DNA from: Eledone cirrhosa
Lineage: Eukaryota
Direction: 5' to 3'
Assembly: GCA_964016885.1 (NCBI GenBank)
Contig: OZ024746.1
Span: forward strand, 63,364,001-63,428,000
DNA: 64,000 nt
Shown here in pieces: positions 14,329 to 26,667 of this stretch. The number at the start of each line of letters is the position of its first letter. The first letter of the stretch is position 1. The notes under the pieces were generated by a model. The model saw only the letters and a list, made by a program, of their open reading frames with translations. It made no database searches and had not been told where the DNA came from. The position numbers were made by a program, and so were the translations under genes.

Positions 14329-15383
14329 ATATATATATAATCATCATCATTGTTTTTACACCTGCATTTCCATGCTGACATGAGATGGACAGAATCTTTT
14401 GAGATAGTTTTTATCGCCAAATAAATGTCCTTCCTGGCACCAACACCTTTAGTCACCTCTTACAACACACAGGGATATGGGATACACTGAATATATATAT
14501 ATTATCAATATATTTCAACTATTGGAAACTTCTGTAAAACCTTACATTCAAACTAATTTTCCTTACAATTCTATCAATAAGTTAACCATTTCAAATCTTT
14601 ACATCTCACAGCAACAAACGTCCCTAACTTCTTTATTATATAACTGTAAATTCTGTTCTCATTGAACTGACAACAGAAAGTAGGTGGGGACAGAATAATG
14701 TAAAGGAAAATATATTCAGGTTTAGTTGTATAGTTTCCCTGTAATTTAGCTTCATGATAAATTTATGGTTTTTACCATTGTTCTGTATTTGGAAAAGTGA
14801 ATGGTTTTTGTTTTGTTGTTTGTTTTTGTCCCTTTATTTTTTTGTTGGAATAAAAGCTAACTGACCCTAATGTTAGCTAGTATGCTGTCACATTTTTTTC
14901 TCTCTCTCTAGCCTTTAGCTATTGTTTACCCCTTAATTTCCCTTGTATGATTTGTATGACAGGCAGACAATCTACAAGCACATATATTTGAATACAAATA
15001 TTCACAACAAAACAAAACACATTCTCACACATAAAATCTTTTCATTTTTTTTTTCTCTTCATTTGCAATATTCATGTTGAAAATCCTTCTTCATCATAAC
15101 TGCAATGTTTTCTATAGTAATATCTTACATAATGAATAATTTTCTCTTCACTCCATTTGGTTAATTCTAAACATCTTAAAAACTTAATTGTTTTACAAAA
15201 TCCCTCCAAACCTTTTTATTTTTTTCAAAATTGATTGAAATGCAGATATTGAATTTCATCAGAAGTGTGGTCATGAAAAAGTTTAAAAACTAGTATGTGT
15301 ATACTTGCACACAAGTCAAAAGTATTTTAGCTGTGACCACAACATTTCTTCTTCTGCATCAATGCTGGTTTACCCTGAAATTT

Positions 15384-15508
<125 letters not shown>

Positions 15509-15743
15509 ATATACCAATCCTGTGTATTGATCTAATGTAACAGAGAATCCTGTTAGGAAAGATATGGGCTGAATTTAATAAAGTATTTCAGATTTTAATT
15601 AGGTATAAACAGGCACAGGCATGGCTATGTGATTAAGTTCCATTTTCAACCAGGTGTGTTTTGGGGTTACTTCCCAATTTGTGGCACTTTTAGCAAGTGT
15701 CTACTATTATAGACTTTGTGGGACATTGGATGACAGAAATTGT

Positions 15744-15953
15744 TTAACCCTTTAGCTTTTACATTACTCTATATTTACTATTATATTTTCATGGTAAAGG
15801 CTTTACCTCACATAATATCGAATCTATGAGATTTTCATATTAAGTTGAGAACAATACTTTAACATCAGTATGAGCAGCCGGTTGCAGCCGGTTTGAACAG
15901 AGAGGTGAGAAAATTTTGGCCAGATACAGCTGGTTTGAATGCTAAAGGGTTAA
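15744..15953. mobile_element. piggyBac-like MITE family P1 (TTAA-CCCTTTAGC...GCTAAAGGG-TTAA); other copies 1168-1396 and 38170-38525
   Basis: TIRs bounded by TTAA; internal sequence shared among copies. Confidence 0.85.
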
Positions 15954-17692
15954 GCCCACTGTATGTGTGTGTGTTTGTCTCTACTTCACATTGATACCAC
16001 TTGAACTGTTGATGACATTGTTTATAGCTTGAATAAACAATGTGTCCCTCAGCTCAAGGTTCTGCATGCAAAAATCAGTAATTTACTTGGAAGTAAGTGT
16101 TCATACAGGAAAAGTATCCAGCTGTAGGGTATCCTGCCTCAGAAAATTCTCATCTGACCCATGCCAGTTTGGAAAAGCAGACATAAAAACGATAAAAAAT
16201 GATGTATTACATAGGAATTGTACTGTGTATTAAGCTAGAATCTAGCTATGAATTACATTGATATTGTTTTAATTGATATAAAAAAGCAGATGTGTATTGA
16301 TTGTTATATAGTGGCTGCAGAAATGCTGACATAAATAGGAGTGTGGATAGTCCAGCTCTAATATGAATGTAGTGCAGCTAGCGTAAATGAAAGGGTGGAT
16401 CAGTTGATATACCGTGACTGTAGTGTTTGCTGATCTAAACAGTGATTTGTTAAGATAGCATCAATGAGCAGGGGTAATTAGGTAGGTTGTGGTACAATGA
16501 TTTGATATGTAAGTGGTGTGAATGGGTTACTGGGTGAATCGTGGTACAGTAATTTGTTTAACTGGTATTAATACGTAATTGGGGTAGGTCACATTACAAT
16601 AATTCATTGTCTTTGGTGAGGTCATGGTACAGTGATTTGTTGTGGAATTGGGTAGGTCACGCTACAGTAATTTGTTGTGCAATTAACATAAACAGGTTTG
16701 CTCTCATTTCCCTTCAGGTCCCTTTTTGGTGAACCGGGATATGCAACTTTTGTGTGTCAATCACCAGTCTTTCCAGCACTGGAAGAAAACTGCAATATAT
16801 TTTTCCAACAGCTCCCTCTATCTAATGCCCAAACAGTGGTCAGTAATCATAGTACAGTGGTCAAATTAATTTTGAAAAAGTAGAAAAAAAAATTGGAGGG
16901 ATTTAGTAAATGTAAGCAAGCTGGTATTTGGAACATATTTTAATATATTCTGAGATGAAATTTATGATGGACAGTTTCAGTTTAAATATAAGCATTTTAA
17001 AATGAGTAACTTTGTCATAGAACCAGGGGCAGTTTTGGTGGGTTAGTATCAAAAGGATTAAAACAAGAAATATCTAATGTATAATATGGTACTTGTGCCT
17101 CAAATTGTTATGTATTCTCATTGTTTGTCATCTTACTCTATCAATCGAAAAAGTTCTTTCAACTTGAACTTTACTTCTATAACATTCACATGATGTTTAA
17201 CAAATATAGACTCAAATATGTTTCACCTTTATGTTGATGTTTTGCCATATATGAAGATCTGTATGACTAGGACGTGGTCTCCTGACCCGACCCGGCTTGT
17301 CTCATAACATGACAACCCTGGTTTTATGATATGTGTTCTATTTTAAAACGTTCATACTTATATTAAAACCTTGCATCATAACTTTGATATTTTTGTAATG
17401 TTTCAAACATAAGCTTAATAATGAAAGAGTTATTTTATTAAATTCTTAAAATTTTCAAAATTAATTGATACATATAGATAATATATTTCATTAGAAATAT
17501 GGTAAGAAATGGAGTAATGACATAGGCAGTGAATTTCATTAGAAACATGGTAACAAAAAAGTTAAATCACCCTCCATCATCTTGGATAATGCAGTTATGG
17601 GTTCCCTGCTTCTGGGAAAGAGAAGGAATGCCTTTGATCATAAGTCTATTCTATCAGGACCAACCTCTAACTAAATAACATATATTCTAACT

Positions 17693-17956
17693 CAGAGGTT
17701 CTCAAAGTCCCTGGGGGACGTTGAGAAGGTCCAGGGGGCATTGGGGGGTTGGCAGTAGAGATGATATAATAGTCTATTAAATATCAAATGATATATATTA
17801 TATATAAATATAGTAAAATAAAAAATATATTTATACATAGTATTTATTATATATTATTTACAATTTGCATGTAGGCACAGGTCTCTGGAAATAGGGTTGC
17901 GGGGCGCTGAGGGTATTACGTGGCCGGGGGGGGGGGGGGGGGGGGGAGAACCTTTG
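17693..17956. mobile_element. hAT-like MITE
   Basis: TIR CAGAGGTTCTC / GAGAACCTTTG; 8-bp TSD TTCTAACT / TTCTAAAT (7/8 match). Confidence 0.75.
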
Positions 17957-18215
17957 TTCTAAATATTCAGCCATCATTTCCCTTGCTGCCTTCCTAAATC
18001 TATCCAGCTACTCACTTCTGGAGCCACCACTAATTAAATATGCTGCTACTTTTACTCACCTGCTTTTCTTCTTGTTTATATCTTTACCTATAAATGCACG
18101 TGGACACACACACACACCTATCTGTCTTCATAATTACTTGTATTTATCTATTTTAATATATATACACCTATCACTCCAACTCTAACAAGACTTCTCTCTC
18201 TCTCGTATTTTGCAG

Positions 18216-18368
18216 TCATCCCGTTTAGCACCCTGTGATGATAGTGATTCTGATTTGGATGACTTTTACCATGTTCTGGATGAATCTGCCAACCAACTGA
18301 AAGTTACAGATCATGCATTACAAAAGAAAAAGAAAGACACGGGCTTGTATTTGAACACTGGCCGATAT
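18216..18368 (+). CDS. klar: Klarsicht-like KASH protein exon
   Basis: ttttgcag acceptor, TAT|gtaagt donor, 153 nt phase 0/0, SSRLAPCDDSDSDLDDFYHVLDESANQL...GRY. Confidence 0.85.
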
Positions 18369-18525
18369 GTAAGTTGAGCCAAGTTTTGGTGATTTTTTTT
18401 TTTTTTTTTTTTTGTTCTTTTCTAAAAAAATGTTTTGTTTTTATACACACATTAAGCTTATATATATATATATATATATATATATAAGAAGAAATTAAAA
18501 GAAAGATGGTTAAAAAAGTTCCATA

Positions 18526-18590
18526 TATTTTATGCGCATTTCAAAAACAAATATCCTGGGACGATAGTTGCGTTCTCATCAGATAAAATA
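18526..18590 (-). ncRNA. Degenerate minimal hammerhead motif
   Basis: Minus strand: TATTTTAT CTGATGA [33-nt imperfect stem II] GAAA TGCGC ATAAAATA. Perfect 8-bp stem I, but the UH site is damaged. Confidence 0.55.
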
Positions 18591-18795
18591 AGGTAAAATG
18601 ATATGATGCCTAAAAAACACTTGTAAACAAGGAAGTGTCCAGTCAACATATAATAAATAAATATAAAAACATATAGAAGATTGGAAAAAAGGAAAAAGAA
18701 GGATATACTCCAGTCCAATAAACTGTTGAGTGCTACTTATCCGATATATGCATAGTTTTATTGTCCTACAATAAATCTCACCTACATTATATATG

Positions 18796-18929
18796 TATTT
18801 ATTAAAATAACAGATTAAAGTTTAAGCAAAGAATCGCTGCTTTCACCCTTAACGGGATCTTCTGAAAGATCCCGTTAAGGGTGAAAGCAGCGATTCTTTG
18901 CTTAAACTTTAATGTTATTTTAATAAATA
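18796..18929. repeat. Long palindrome: 48-bp perfect arms with a 4-nt loop, extending to about 64 bp
   Basis: 18814-18861 is the exact reverse complement of 18866-18913; the outer 16 bp pair after a 2-nt bulge. Confidence 0.97.
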
Positions 18930-19061
18930 TTTGCTCTACGGTTCTTATATATTTGATATATATTTATCCTTATCGAGCCCTCTTTGGATTTTAGTCTTCA
19001 AATTTATTATTATTACTATATATATATATATAGTTATGTAATAAACAACATAAGATAATTA

Positions 19062-19125
19062 ATTCATTTACCAGTGGTTTCTTGAAGACAGATATTTATA
19101 TCTGTCTTCAGTCGTCAGAAAGAAT
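19062..19125 (-). ncRNA. Type I hammerhead ribozyme motif, intact core
   Basis: Minus strand: ATTCTTT CTGACGA C TGAAGACAGATA TAAA TATCTGTCTTCA A GAAA CCA C TGG T A AATGAAT. Stem I 6/7 bp, stem II 12 bp, near-palindromic stem III, GUA cleavage triplet. Confidence 0.8.
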
Positions 19126-19291
19126 AAAATGGAATGTTTATTAAATATGGATTTGAAAACAAAATTAAGGAAATATGAAAGTGAGGCTGAAATCAAATAA
19201 CGGGCAAAAAATTAAGGGGGAAAAGGCTCTGTAGCCTACATAGAGCACTCTTTTCCTTTACCTTTCCTACGGAAATACTTCATTCATATAT

Positions 19292-19737
19292 GGAGGCACA
19301 TGGCTTAGTGGTTAGAGCATTGGCCGACCCTCTACCGATACTGCCAATTCACCGCCCTTTACTACCAATAATAATATTGAGTGATAGTATCGTCTAGCAA
19401 CTGACTGCCAGAAAACTGAGTTTAATCCTTCAATATGGAGAGATCGAAAGGTTGTGAGTTCAATTCTCAGACCGGGTGATGTGTTGTTTCCTTGAGCAAG
19501 ACACTTTATTTCACATTGCTCCAGTTTACTCAGCTGTAGAAATGAGATGATAGGGACTGGGGTCCCTATCATTCCACTGCAAAGTGGTCGTGGAGGTGCC
19601 ACGGCAAAAAAAGCAACCAGCACTCACTGTAAATGGGGTTGGTGTTAGGAAGGGCATCCAGCTGTAGAAATCAAGCCAGAATCAGTTCCTGTCCCACCCT
19701 TGCAAGCAGGGAAAAGCAGACGTAAAATGATGATGAT
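19292..19737 (+). mobile_element. tRNA-derived SINE family A (RTE-like tail) with 117-bp insertion in head
   Basis: A box TGGCTTAGTGG, B box GAGTTCAATTC, core CCTTGAGCAAGACACTTTA, tail GGTGTTAGGAAGGGCATCCAGCTGTAGAAA, then (GAT)n. Confidence 0.88.
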
Positions 19738-19816
19738 ATATATATATATATAGTAGGTAGTACAGTGAAATACTGGTGTTAGTACCAAATCAAGTACTCT
19801 ATGCACAGGCAGAGTG

Positions 19817-19980
19817 TATATAATGGAAAAAAACGAGGAAGTTTCGTTTACATGTGAGTCGGGTCCATAACTCCTATGGGTCACCTTGAGCCAATCCTCT
19901 GTGAAACACATGTAACAGGTCGATACGCAATAAATATTTTTCATATGTAAACGAAACTTACTCATTTTTTCTATTATATA
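19817..19980. mobile_element. MITE-like element with about 40-bp imperfect TIRs
   Basis: TATATAATGGAAAAAAACGAGGAAGTTTCGTTTACATGTGA versus the reverse-complemented end TATATAATAGAAAAAATGAGTAAGTTTCGTTTACATATGA. Confidence 0.7.
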
Positions 19981-20313
19981 TCATCATTTCATTTTACGTC
20001 CGCTTTTTCCTGCTTGCAAGGGTGGGACGGGAACTGATTTTGGCTTGATTTCTACAGCTGGATGCCCTTCCTAACACCAACCTCATTTACAGTGAGTGGT
20101 GGGTGCTTTTTTGCCGTGGCGCCTACACGTCCACTTTGCAGTGGAATGATAGGGAACCCAGTCCCTATCATCTCATTTCTACAGCTGAGTAAACTGGAGC
20201 AATGTGAAATAAAATGTCTTGCTCAAGGAAACAACACATCACCCGGTCTGAGAATTGAACTCACAACCTTTCGATTGCAAGGCCAATGCTCTAACCGCTA
20301 AGCCATGTGCCTC
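19981..20313 (-). mobile_element. SINE family A, full length
   Basis: Reverse complement of the 19292 copy without the insertion. Confidence 0.9.
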
Positions 20314-20559
20314 TCTATATATATATATATATATATGTGTGTCTCAAAAGTAGAAATATGTATATATAGAGAAAGAACCATATATCCAGAGAAGCACAGT
20401 ATATTTAATATTAACGGTCCTTGCCATTCTGAGTTCAAATCCCGCCGAGGTTAACTTTGCCTTTCATCCTTACAGGGTCGGTAAAATAAAGTACCAGTAA
20501 TGCACTGGGTAATTGCTGGCCTTGTACCAAAAGTAGAAACAATTATTTAATGTTACATT

Positions 20560-20561
<2 letters not shown>

Positions 20562-20605
<44 letters not shown>

Positions 20606-20617
20606 TATGTATGTATG

Positions 20618-20678
<61 letters not shown>
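20562..20678. repeat. Compound (TG)n-(TATG)n-(TA)n microsatellite abutting an acceptor site
   Basis: Ends 16 nt upstream of exon 20695. Confidence 0.95.
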
Positions 20679-20681
<3 letters not shown>

Positions 20682-20694
20682 TTTTTCTTTGCAG

Positions 20695-20803
20695 ACTGAA
20701 CTGCTGGCTACCTGTCAGACCAATATTAAGTGCCTAGAAGTCATCTACCAACACCTGAACAGTGCCACACCTGTAAGCAATGATGACTTGGACCGCATGC
20801 AAG
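20695..20803 (+). CDS. klar: Klarsicht-like KASH protein exon
   Basis: ctttgcag acceptor, AAG|gtaata donor, phase 0/1, TELLATCQTNIKCLEVIYQHL...DRMQ. Confidence 0.85.
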
Positions 20804-20868
20804 GTAATAAAAACTCAATAAAAAAGACGTTACCCTTTTTTTCATTTTCAGGCAGTTTCTTTTTCTTT

Positions 20869-20955
<87 letters not shown>

Positions 20956-21654
20956 ATATATATATAAACTGCAAATTAAAAACGATCCTTTAAACTGACC
21001 TATAAAAGAGCACTTTAAAATCTGTGTGTGTGTCCCCTCTCTGACTTAAAATAGGTGACAGCCCTTTTATTTATAACCTCAAGCAACAAGTACACTAGAG
21101 ATAGGAGTTGCTAAAGAAAGTATTGAAACAACACTAGTAGTTTTAAGTTTAACACGGGTGGGAACTGTGATGGTGGTTGGTTTCAGTGTTGGAGTTCATA
21201 TGATAGGAATACTCTCAGGGAAACTGTCCTGTACTCTAGCATGTACCATCAAATTTAACTACTCTCAGGTCTCAAATAATGGGGGGAGGGGTGATAAGCG
21301 GGGGTGGGGACATTTGCTTTAATCTTATAAGTGGGGGGAATCGGTAATTGTATAGTGTATGTTCATAGTAAATATGGGATTTCTTGTAATGTTCTTTTTT
21401 TTTCTTTTTTTTTTTTTGTCATGTATGTTTGTTTTGTTTTTTTAATGTAAAATAAAATAATTATTAGATTCTCCAGCTGCTGTATCGATATGAATCACTT
21501 ACAATAAAATATCGCCAGAAATAGAATAGCAAAATTTAATAAGCAGGGGTGGGGTTGGAAAAAAAATCTGAAAAGTTAATAAGAAGGTGGTGGGAGGGCA
21601 TTATTCAAGACCTGAGAGTACCTCCTATATACAAACATAAACACGCACACACTC

Positions 21655-21796
21655 ACCATCTCACCCTCTCTCTCACCATCTCACCCTCTCTCTCACCCTC
21701 CCTCCCTCTCTCTCACCCTCTCTCTCTCTCTCACCCTCTCTCTCTCTCTCTCTCACCCTCTCTCTCTCTCTCTCTCACCCTCTCTCTCTCTCTCTT

Positions 21797-21830
<34 letters not shown>

Positions 21831-21841
21831 TCTCTTTCTCT

Positions 21842-21899
<58 letters not shown>
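21655..21899. repeat. Compound (CT)n / CACC(CT)n tract
   Basis: Directly visible. Confidence 0.95.
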
Positions 21900-21901
<2 letters not shown>

Positions 21902-22146
21902 GAAAGTTGGTTAAATCAACCCAGTACTGAACTGGTGCTATTTTATCAACCCTGGAAGGATGAAAGGCGAAGTTGACCTCAACAGAATTTGAACTCACAA
22001 TGTAAAGAAAGAGCCATAACTAAATGCTACAAAGGATATTGTCCCAAACTCTAATAATACTGCCAATCTACTGCCTATGAGGTTATAATAACCAAAATGT
22101 ATATGTATATATATATATAGCATAATATATTATAATAGCTTTCTCA

Positions 22147-22187
<41 letters not shown>

Positions 22188-23904
22188 ACACAGTGAAGTT
22201 AATCTCTTACAAAGACCAGCAATTTCATTGGTTCTCAGTGTTGGCTGATTGATATATATATATATAATCTCTTGTTTAGTGAAGTATAATCACGGATCAC
22301 TTATTTCAATATTGCTTTGCTCATGATGTGACTTCACCAAGTGAAATCATCAAAACATATTATTTCTGTGTCAAATGTTTTGTTACTCTGCAGTGATTCC
22401 AGCTCTGTATACCCTTATAAGGAATATTATACTCAGACCTTGATTATGCAATATACTCACTGATCTTTTCAGATAGTAGCATGAAATTTAATAGATGCTG
22501 ACTGTTACATAGAAACTCCTTCATTTTGCCTATAGATCTTGTCTAATTTATATTTTCACTCACAAAAAAAAATGTTTAATGCTACCATGATCAATATATG
22601 GCTTGAAGAAGACTGGTTTCTTAAATTTAAATTACAATGAATTACTGAATGTATTTTGAAATATGTTTTAATAACAGTAGTTAAAACTACTAATGCAATT
22701 GATTAGTTAATAATTAATTTCTCTATAACGATGTTGTCAAACTCTTGTCACCTGAAATCAGGTAAGTAGTTAGAATATTTTTTTTGTATTAATTTTTCTT
22801 TATTTATATTATTTCAACTTCCATAAGATATTCAGAAGTTGTCGTCTTGATATACTTTTCTGCCCACAGTTGTTCAATAATAACTATGTGTCACTTGGGA
22901 AATATGTATTTTTACCACTGCTTTGCTTTTGTCATCATCCTTTACCATTCTTACCCATCTGGTCAGGTCTGGTCTCTTTGCATCCTTATTGCTGGGGTTG
23001 GGGACTATGGACAATTGCACCAATTCTCATTTATATGATGTTTGTCCATGATTCTCATTGAGGAAAGAAAGTAATGTTGGTAGGTCCAACTTTTTCTGGA
23101 CTAACATCCCCTCTGATTTTCCTCAACCACTGAGTGAGTGGAACATTTCATACAATGAGCAGAAATATCTTAAATTCAAAGCTACTAAGTAGCAATATTT
23201 TGATGTATGCAGCACCAATAGAGACTTTGTGGCCATGTATCCATGCAGCTTAGAGGTAGCATTACTTTGGACTGGTAATGTCATCTTCATATATACACTG
23301 TTTTGTTTAGTTTGATATCTGTTCATCAAGTGATTATTCCTTGATATATATATATATATACATTGTCCATAATAACTTCAACCTAGGAACTAACCAAATC
23401 CAAGGAGTGTCAGCCTACCAACAGAATAGTCAATGGTTTTATGTTATATCTTGCTAAATTGTATCTATACAAAGAACATGTAACACTCATTAGTCGAAAT
23501 TTTCTTCAGCTCAATACTGAGTAGTGACATCTTGAAGTGTTACTTTAGCTTACAGGAATAGTAAACATGTCTTCATTAGACTTATAATAAAAAGAACTCG
23601 CATCATTTTGTTTTTCTTAAATGGGTCTTGTGTCAGTTTTGATGACTCATTCAGTTGTTTAATTAATGGAACTACCTAATCATTGAACTGAGTATTCCAT
23701 GTTGTTTCTGTCAACTCATTTTCACTGATAAAATTTAGATCAACCAAAGGTTATAGTAAAACACACTGTATGATTAAATCGGACATCATGATTACAAAGT
23801 AAACTTCTGAATCATTCAGCCATAGCTATGTGCATGTTTTCTTTAATATAACAACAATGAAACACTCGGGCATCATTTTAAAAGTGGTTCTTTCTTATTT
23901 TCAG

Positions 23905-24092
23905 GATTGCTATATCAGTGGGAGAAGTTGCGTGCCCTGGCAGTGGAGCGACAAAGCCAGTGCCGAGAGCTGTGTTTAATTAATACTAATCTCATCGCAG
24001 TTTACAACTGGCTGCAAGAATTGTCGTCCCTCATCAAAAAAGAACAGTTCAAAGGTTTACCTGATGCACAACAAATTATCAACATTACACAG
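23905..24092 (+). CDS. klar: Klarsicht-like KASH protein exon (spectrin-repeat-like helices)
   Basis: ttttcag acceptor, CAG|gttagt donor, phase 1/0, LLYQWEKLRALAVERQ...VYNWLQEL has spectrin-type Trp positions. Confidence 0.88.
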
Positions 24093-25090
24093 GTTAGTTG
24101 CTAGAATTGTAAACAAAATTCTTATTAATCTTGGACTGATTTTTATAAGCCTTTTCAGAAATATAAATAGGGCTATTTTGATTTTGGTACAAGATGCTTT
24201 TCCGAAATATAGGAGGGGCTATATTTGTTTTGGTACAATATACTTTTCTAACAGGAGAAAGTAAAATCAAATGATTTGACTCAGAGTATAATACTCGTAT
24301 ATATTTTATCAAATGTTTGAGAAAAGCTGACAAAGTTGACTCTGGTGAGATTTGAATTTAGAGAAGTAATGCTACAATAAAATATCTCTCTCTCTACACC
24401 ATCTTCACCTTTCTGTTATTATCAATAATAAAGCCTCAAATTTAGGATAGTACACCGTATCCATGTATGTTGTAAGAAGCTACTAAAAGGGTTCAAGTCA
24501 GGAAGAGCATCTGACTGTAAAACGTTGCTCCAAAACGTCACATCAAATGCCTCAAAAAGTCCCGTCCAACCTATGCCAGCATGGAAAAGTTGACATATAA
24601 ATGATAATTATAATACATATTATATCTGTTAATTTCCTGTTGTATAGCTTTCTCTTTGGCAGCATATCATCTTGCATAGTATATGCTACTTGCCAATTAT
24701 AACCTTGTCATTCCAGTCTGAGACTGGACTAATTTACTCTTTAACCTCAGGCATTATTTTCATTTGTTTCACCTAAAGAACAAGCTGCTTCCTCACTATC
24801 TCACTAATTACTTTAATCTTATAATGTAGGATTGATTAGCAGCTGTTGGAGATAATCCCTCGTTGCTTCATTCAAGCTATATTACTTTGATGCTGCTTAT
24901 ACTGCTGCTATTACCACTAATGATAGTAAACATTATTTATTTGTTTTATTTTTATCATTAACTTTCTCTTTGCCAGAAGCTTTATTGGTTGTTGTTTTAT
25001 TTCTTATTTTTATGTTCTTTTTTTTTTAAATTGTTTTGTTTTTTTTAAACATTCACAGTAAATAAGACAATGTCTGTTTTATTGTCACAG

Positions 25091-25245
25091 GAAAAACAAG
25101 CCTTATTTGAAGAAAAAATGTCTAAACTGAATGAATTAAAAGAATCAGTGCTTTCCTTTAAAGAACAGCACCCAACTATAAGTGTTGATGGTTTCCTCAT
25201 GAAGATAGCCAAATGTATTACAGAGTTAAATTCCCTAAGGGATAA
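25091..25245 (+). CDS. klar: Klarsicht-like KASH protein exon
   Basis: gtcacag acceptor, AA|gtatgt donor, phase 0/2, EKQALFEEKMSKLNELKE...LRD. Confidence 0.82.
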
Positions 25246-26489
25246 GTATGTATTTCTGAATTTTACTTGACTCTAAATTTTACTTTCATTCTTAGATTTT
25301 GTAGATAAATGAAAGAGATTTAACTATTTTTAGCAGGTGGGGTGATCACATAGAGGCAGAGATGTAGAAATAGTGGTTTGGGCATGATATTGATAACCTA
25401 TATTCAAAATAATAAATCATACTCCACATTATACATCTTGGTTTTGTTACTAGTTAGGAACCATTTTTCATTTGATCCTGCCCAACTAACCTAAAAGTTC
25501 ATAGAAAACTGGTCTGGTCTTTTCCATCATCATTACTAAGGGTCAGAGACCATGGACAATCTATATGTCCATGACTCTCCTAAGGAAAAAGATGACTTTG
25601 GTAGGTTCCGAATCCTTGTCCAATCATAACTTGGAAACTGGCTACTGAGCTGCAGCTGATCTGCCTTCATCACAAGGATGAAGCCATTGGCCACTTGAAA
25701 GGATGTCATCAAAGTGACTAAGAAATCCCATCTACCCTGGTTTTGAAATCAGTGATCTTTCTCTTAAATATACTCTGCCACCCTGTATTGGATGGCCGTT
25801 GACTCTCCTGTGTTCCTCTGCCCTTTGACTGATTTTGTTTTTCATACCACAGGGTATACAAAAACCATTCTCCTCATCAGGCAATTTTAGTGTGGTTGCC
25901 AATTTAGTTGCCAACAACCCAACTATGTGACAGGTTGTGCTGGATTACATGTTACCAGTAATGCTCAAGAATGACCTGACCATATCTTAGAAAACATGCA
26001 AATCAAAATTAAGACATATCGTATGCAACTATAAATGTATAAGAAAATGGTGTAGTGGGGGCTATAAGTGCTGAGACATGTATGTTAGATTTTATTGCAT
26101 TCTTCTACAATGTTAAAGATATGAAGTGTTTATGTAAACTATCAAAGTACTGGATAATATGGAATTTTTTATTAGAAAATGTAGTATCCCAAATACAAGA
26201 AAGACTAACACTCAATTGCTATAAATGATAGCCTGCCCACCACATTTTTCCAATCCTAGGGGTATTTTATCCAATTTTCTAGGCTATTATTTATAGCAAT
26301 CAGTTATTATAGCCTTTCTTGCATTTGAGATATCTCATCATCATCATATGTCCATTTTTCCATGCTAGCAAAAAAAAAAAAGAAAATTTACATTTTCTAA
26401 TAAAGAATTTCATAATATGAAGTGTTTATGTAAATATATTAATGATAAAATGTTTATGAAAATAACAATAATTCTTGTTGAATTTCTAG

Positions 26490-26667
26490 ATGTGCCACAA
26501 AACTTCCTCAGTTACAGAAGTACTTATTAGTATGGTATGAGTACAATGAGACAAAGAAAGAACTAGACTATATGCTGAAGCAACAAAGACAGCAGTTAGA
26601 TAGCATAGTCTACCATTTAGAGGTGGACCTACCAAAACATCAACCAAATGTACAGAATGATCTTAGG
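26490..26667 (+). CDS. klar: Klarsicht-like KASH protein exon
   Basis: tttctag acceptor, AGG|gttagt donor, phase 2/0, CATKLPQLQKYLLVWYEYNETKKELDYML...NDLR. Confidence 0.85.

Noticed and set aside
15220-15266. CTGATGA...GAAA on the minus strand (also 9700-9716, 11285-11307, 25835-25880)
   Set aside because: No convincing stem I or stem II; expected by chance in AT-rich DNA.
16696-16842. Possible phase 0/0 cassette exon (aaacag|GTTTGC...TCA|gtaatc)
   Set aside because: Poor polypyrimidine tract and weak donor; the stronger acceptor at 16717 gives an immediate stop in phase 0. Needs RNA evidence.
20240-20313. tRNA gene (A and B boxes)
   Set aside because: It is the tRNA-derived head of a multicopy SINE with no intact cloverleaf or terminator.
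20563-21998. ORFs of CVCV, YIYI, SLSL and ERER repeats (also 4570, 15297, 32644, 33188)
   Set aside because: Translations of microsatellites.
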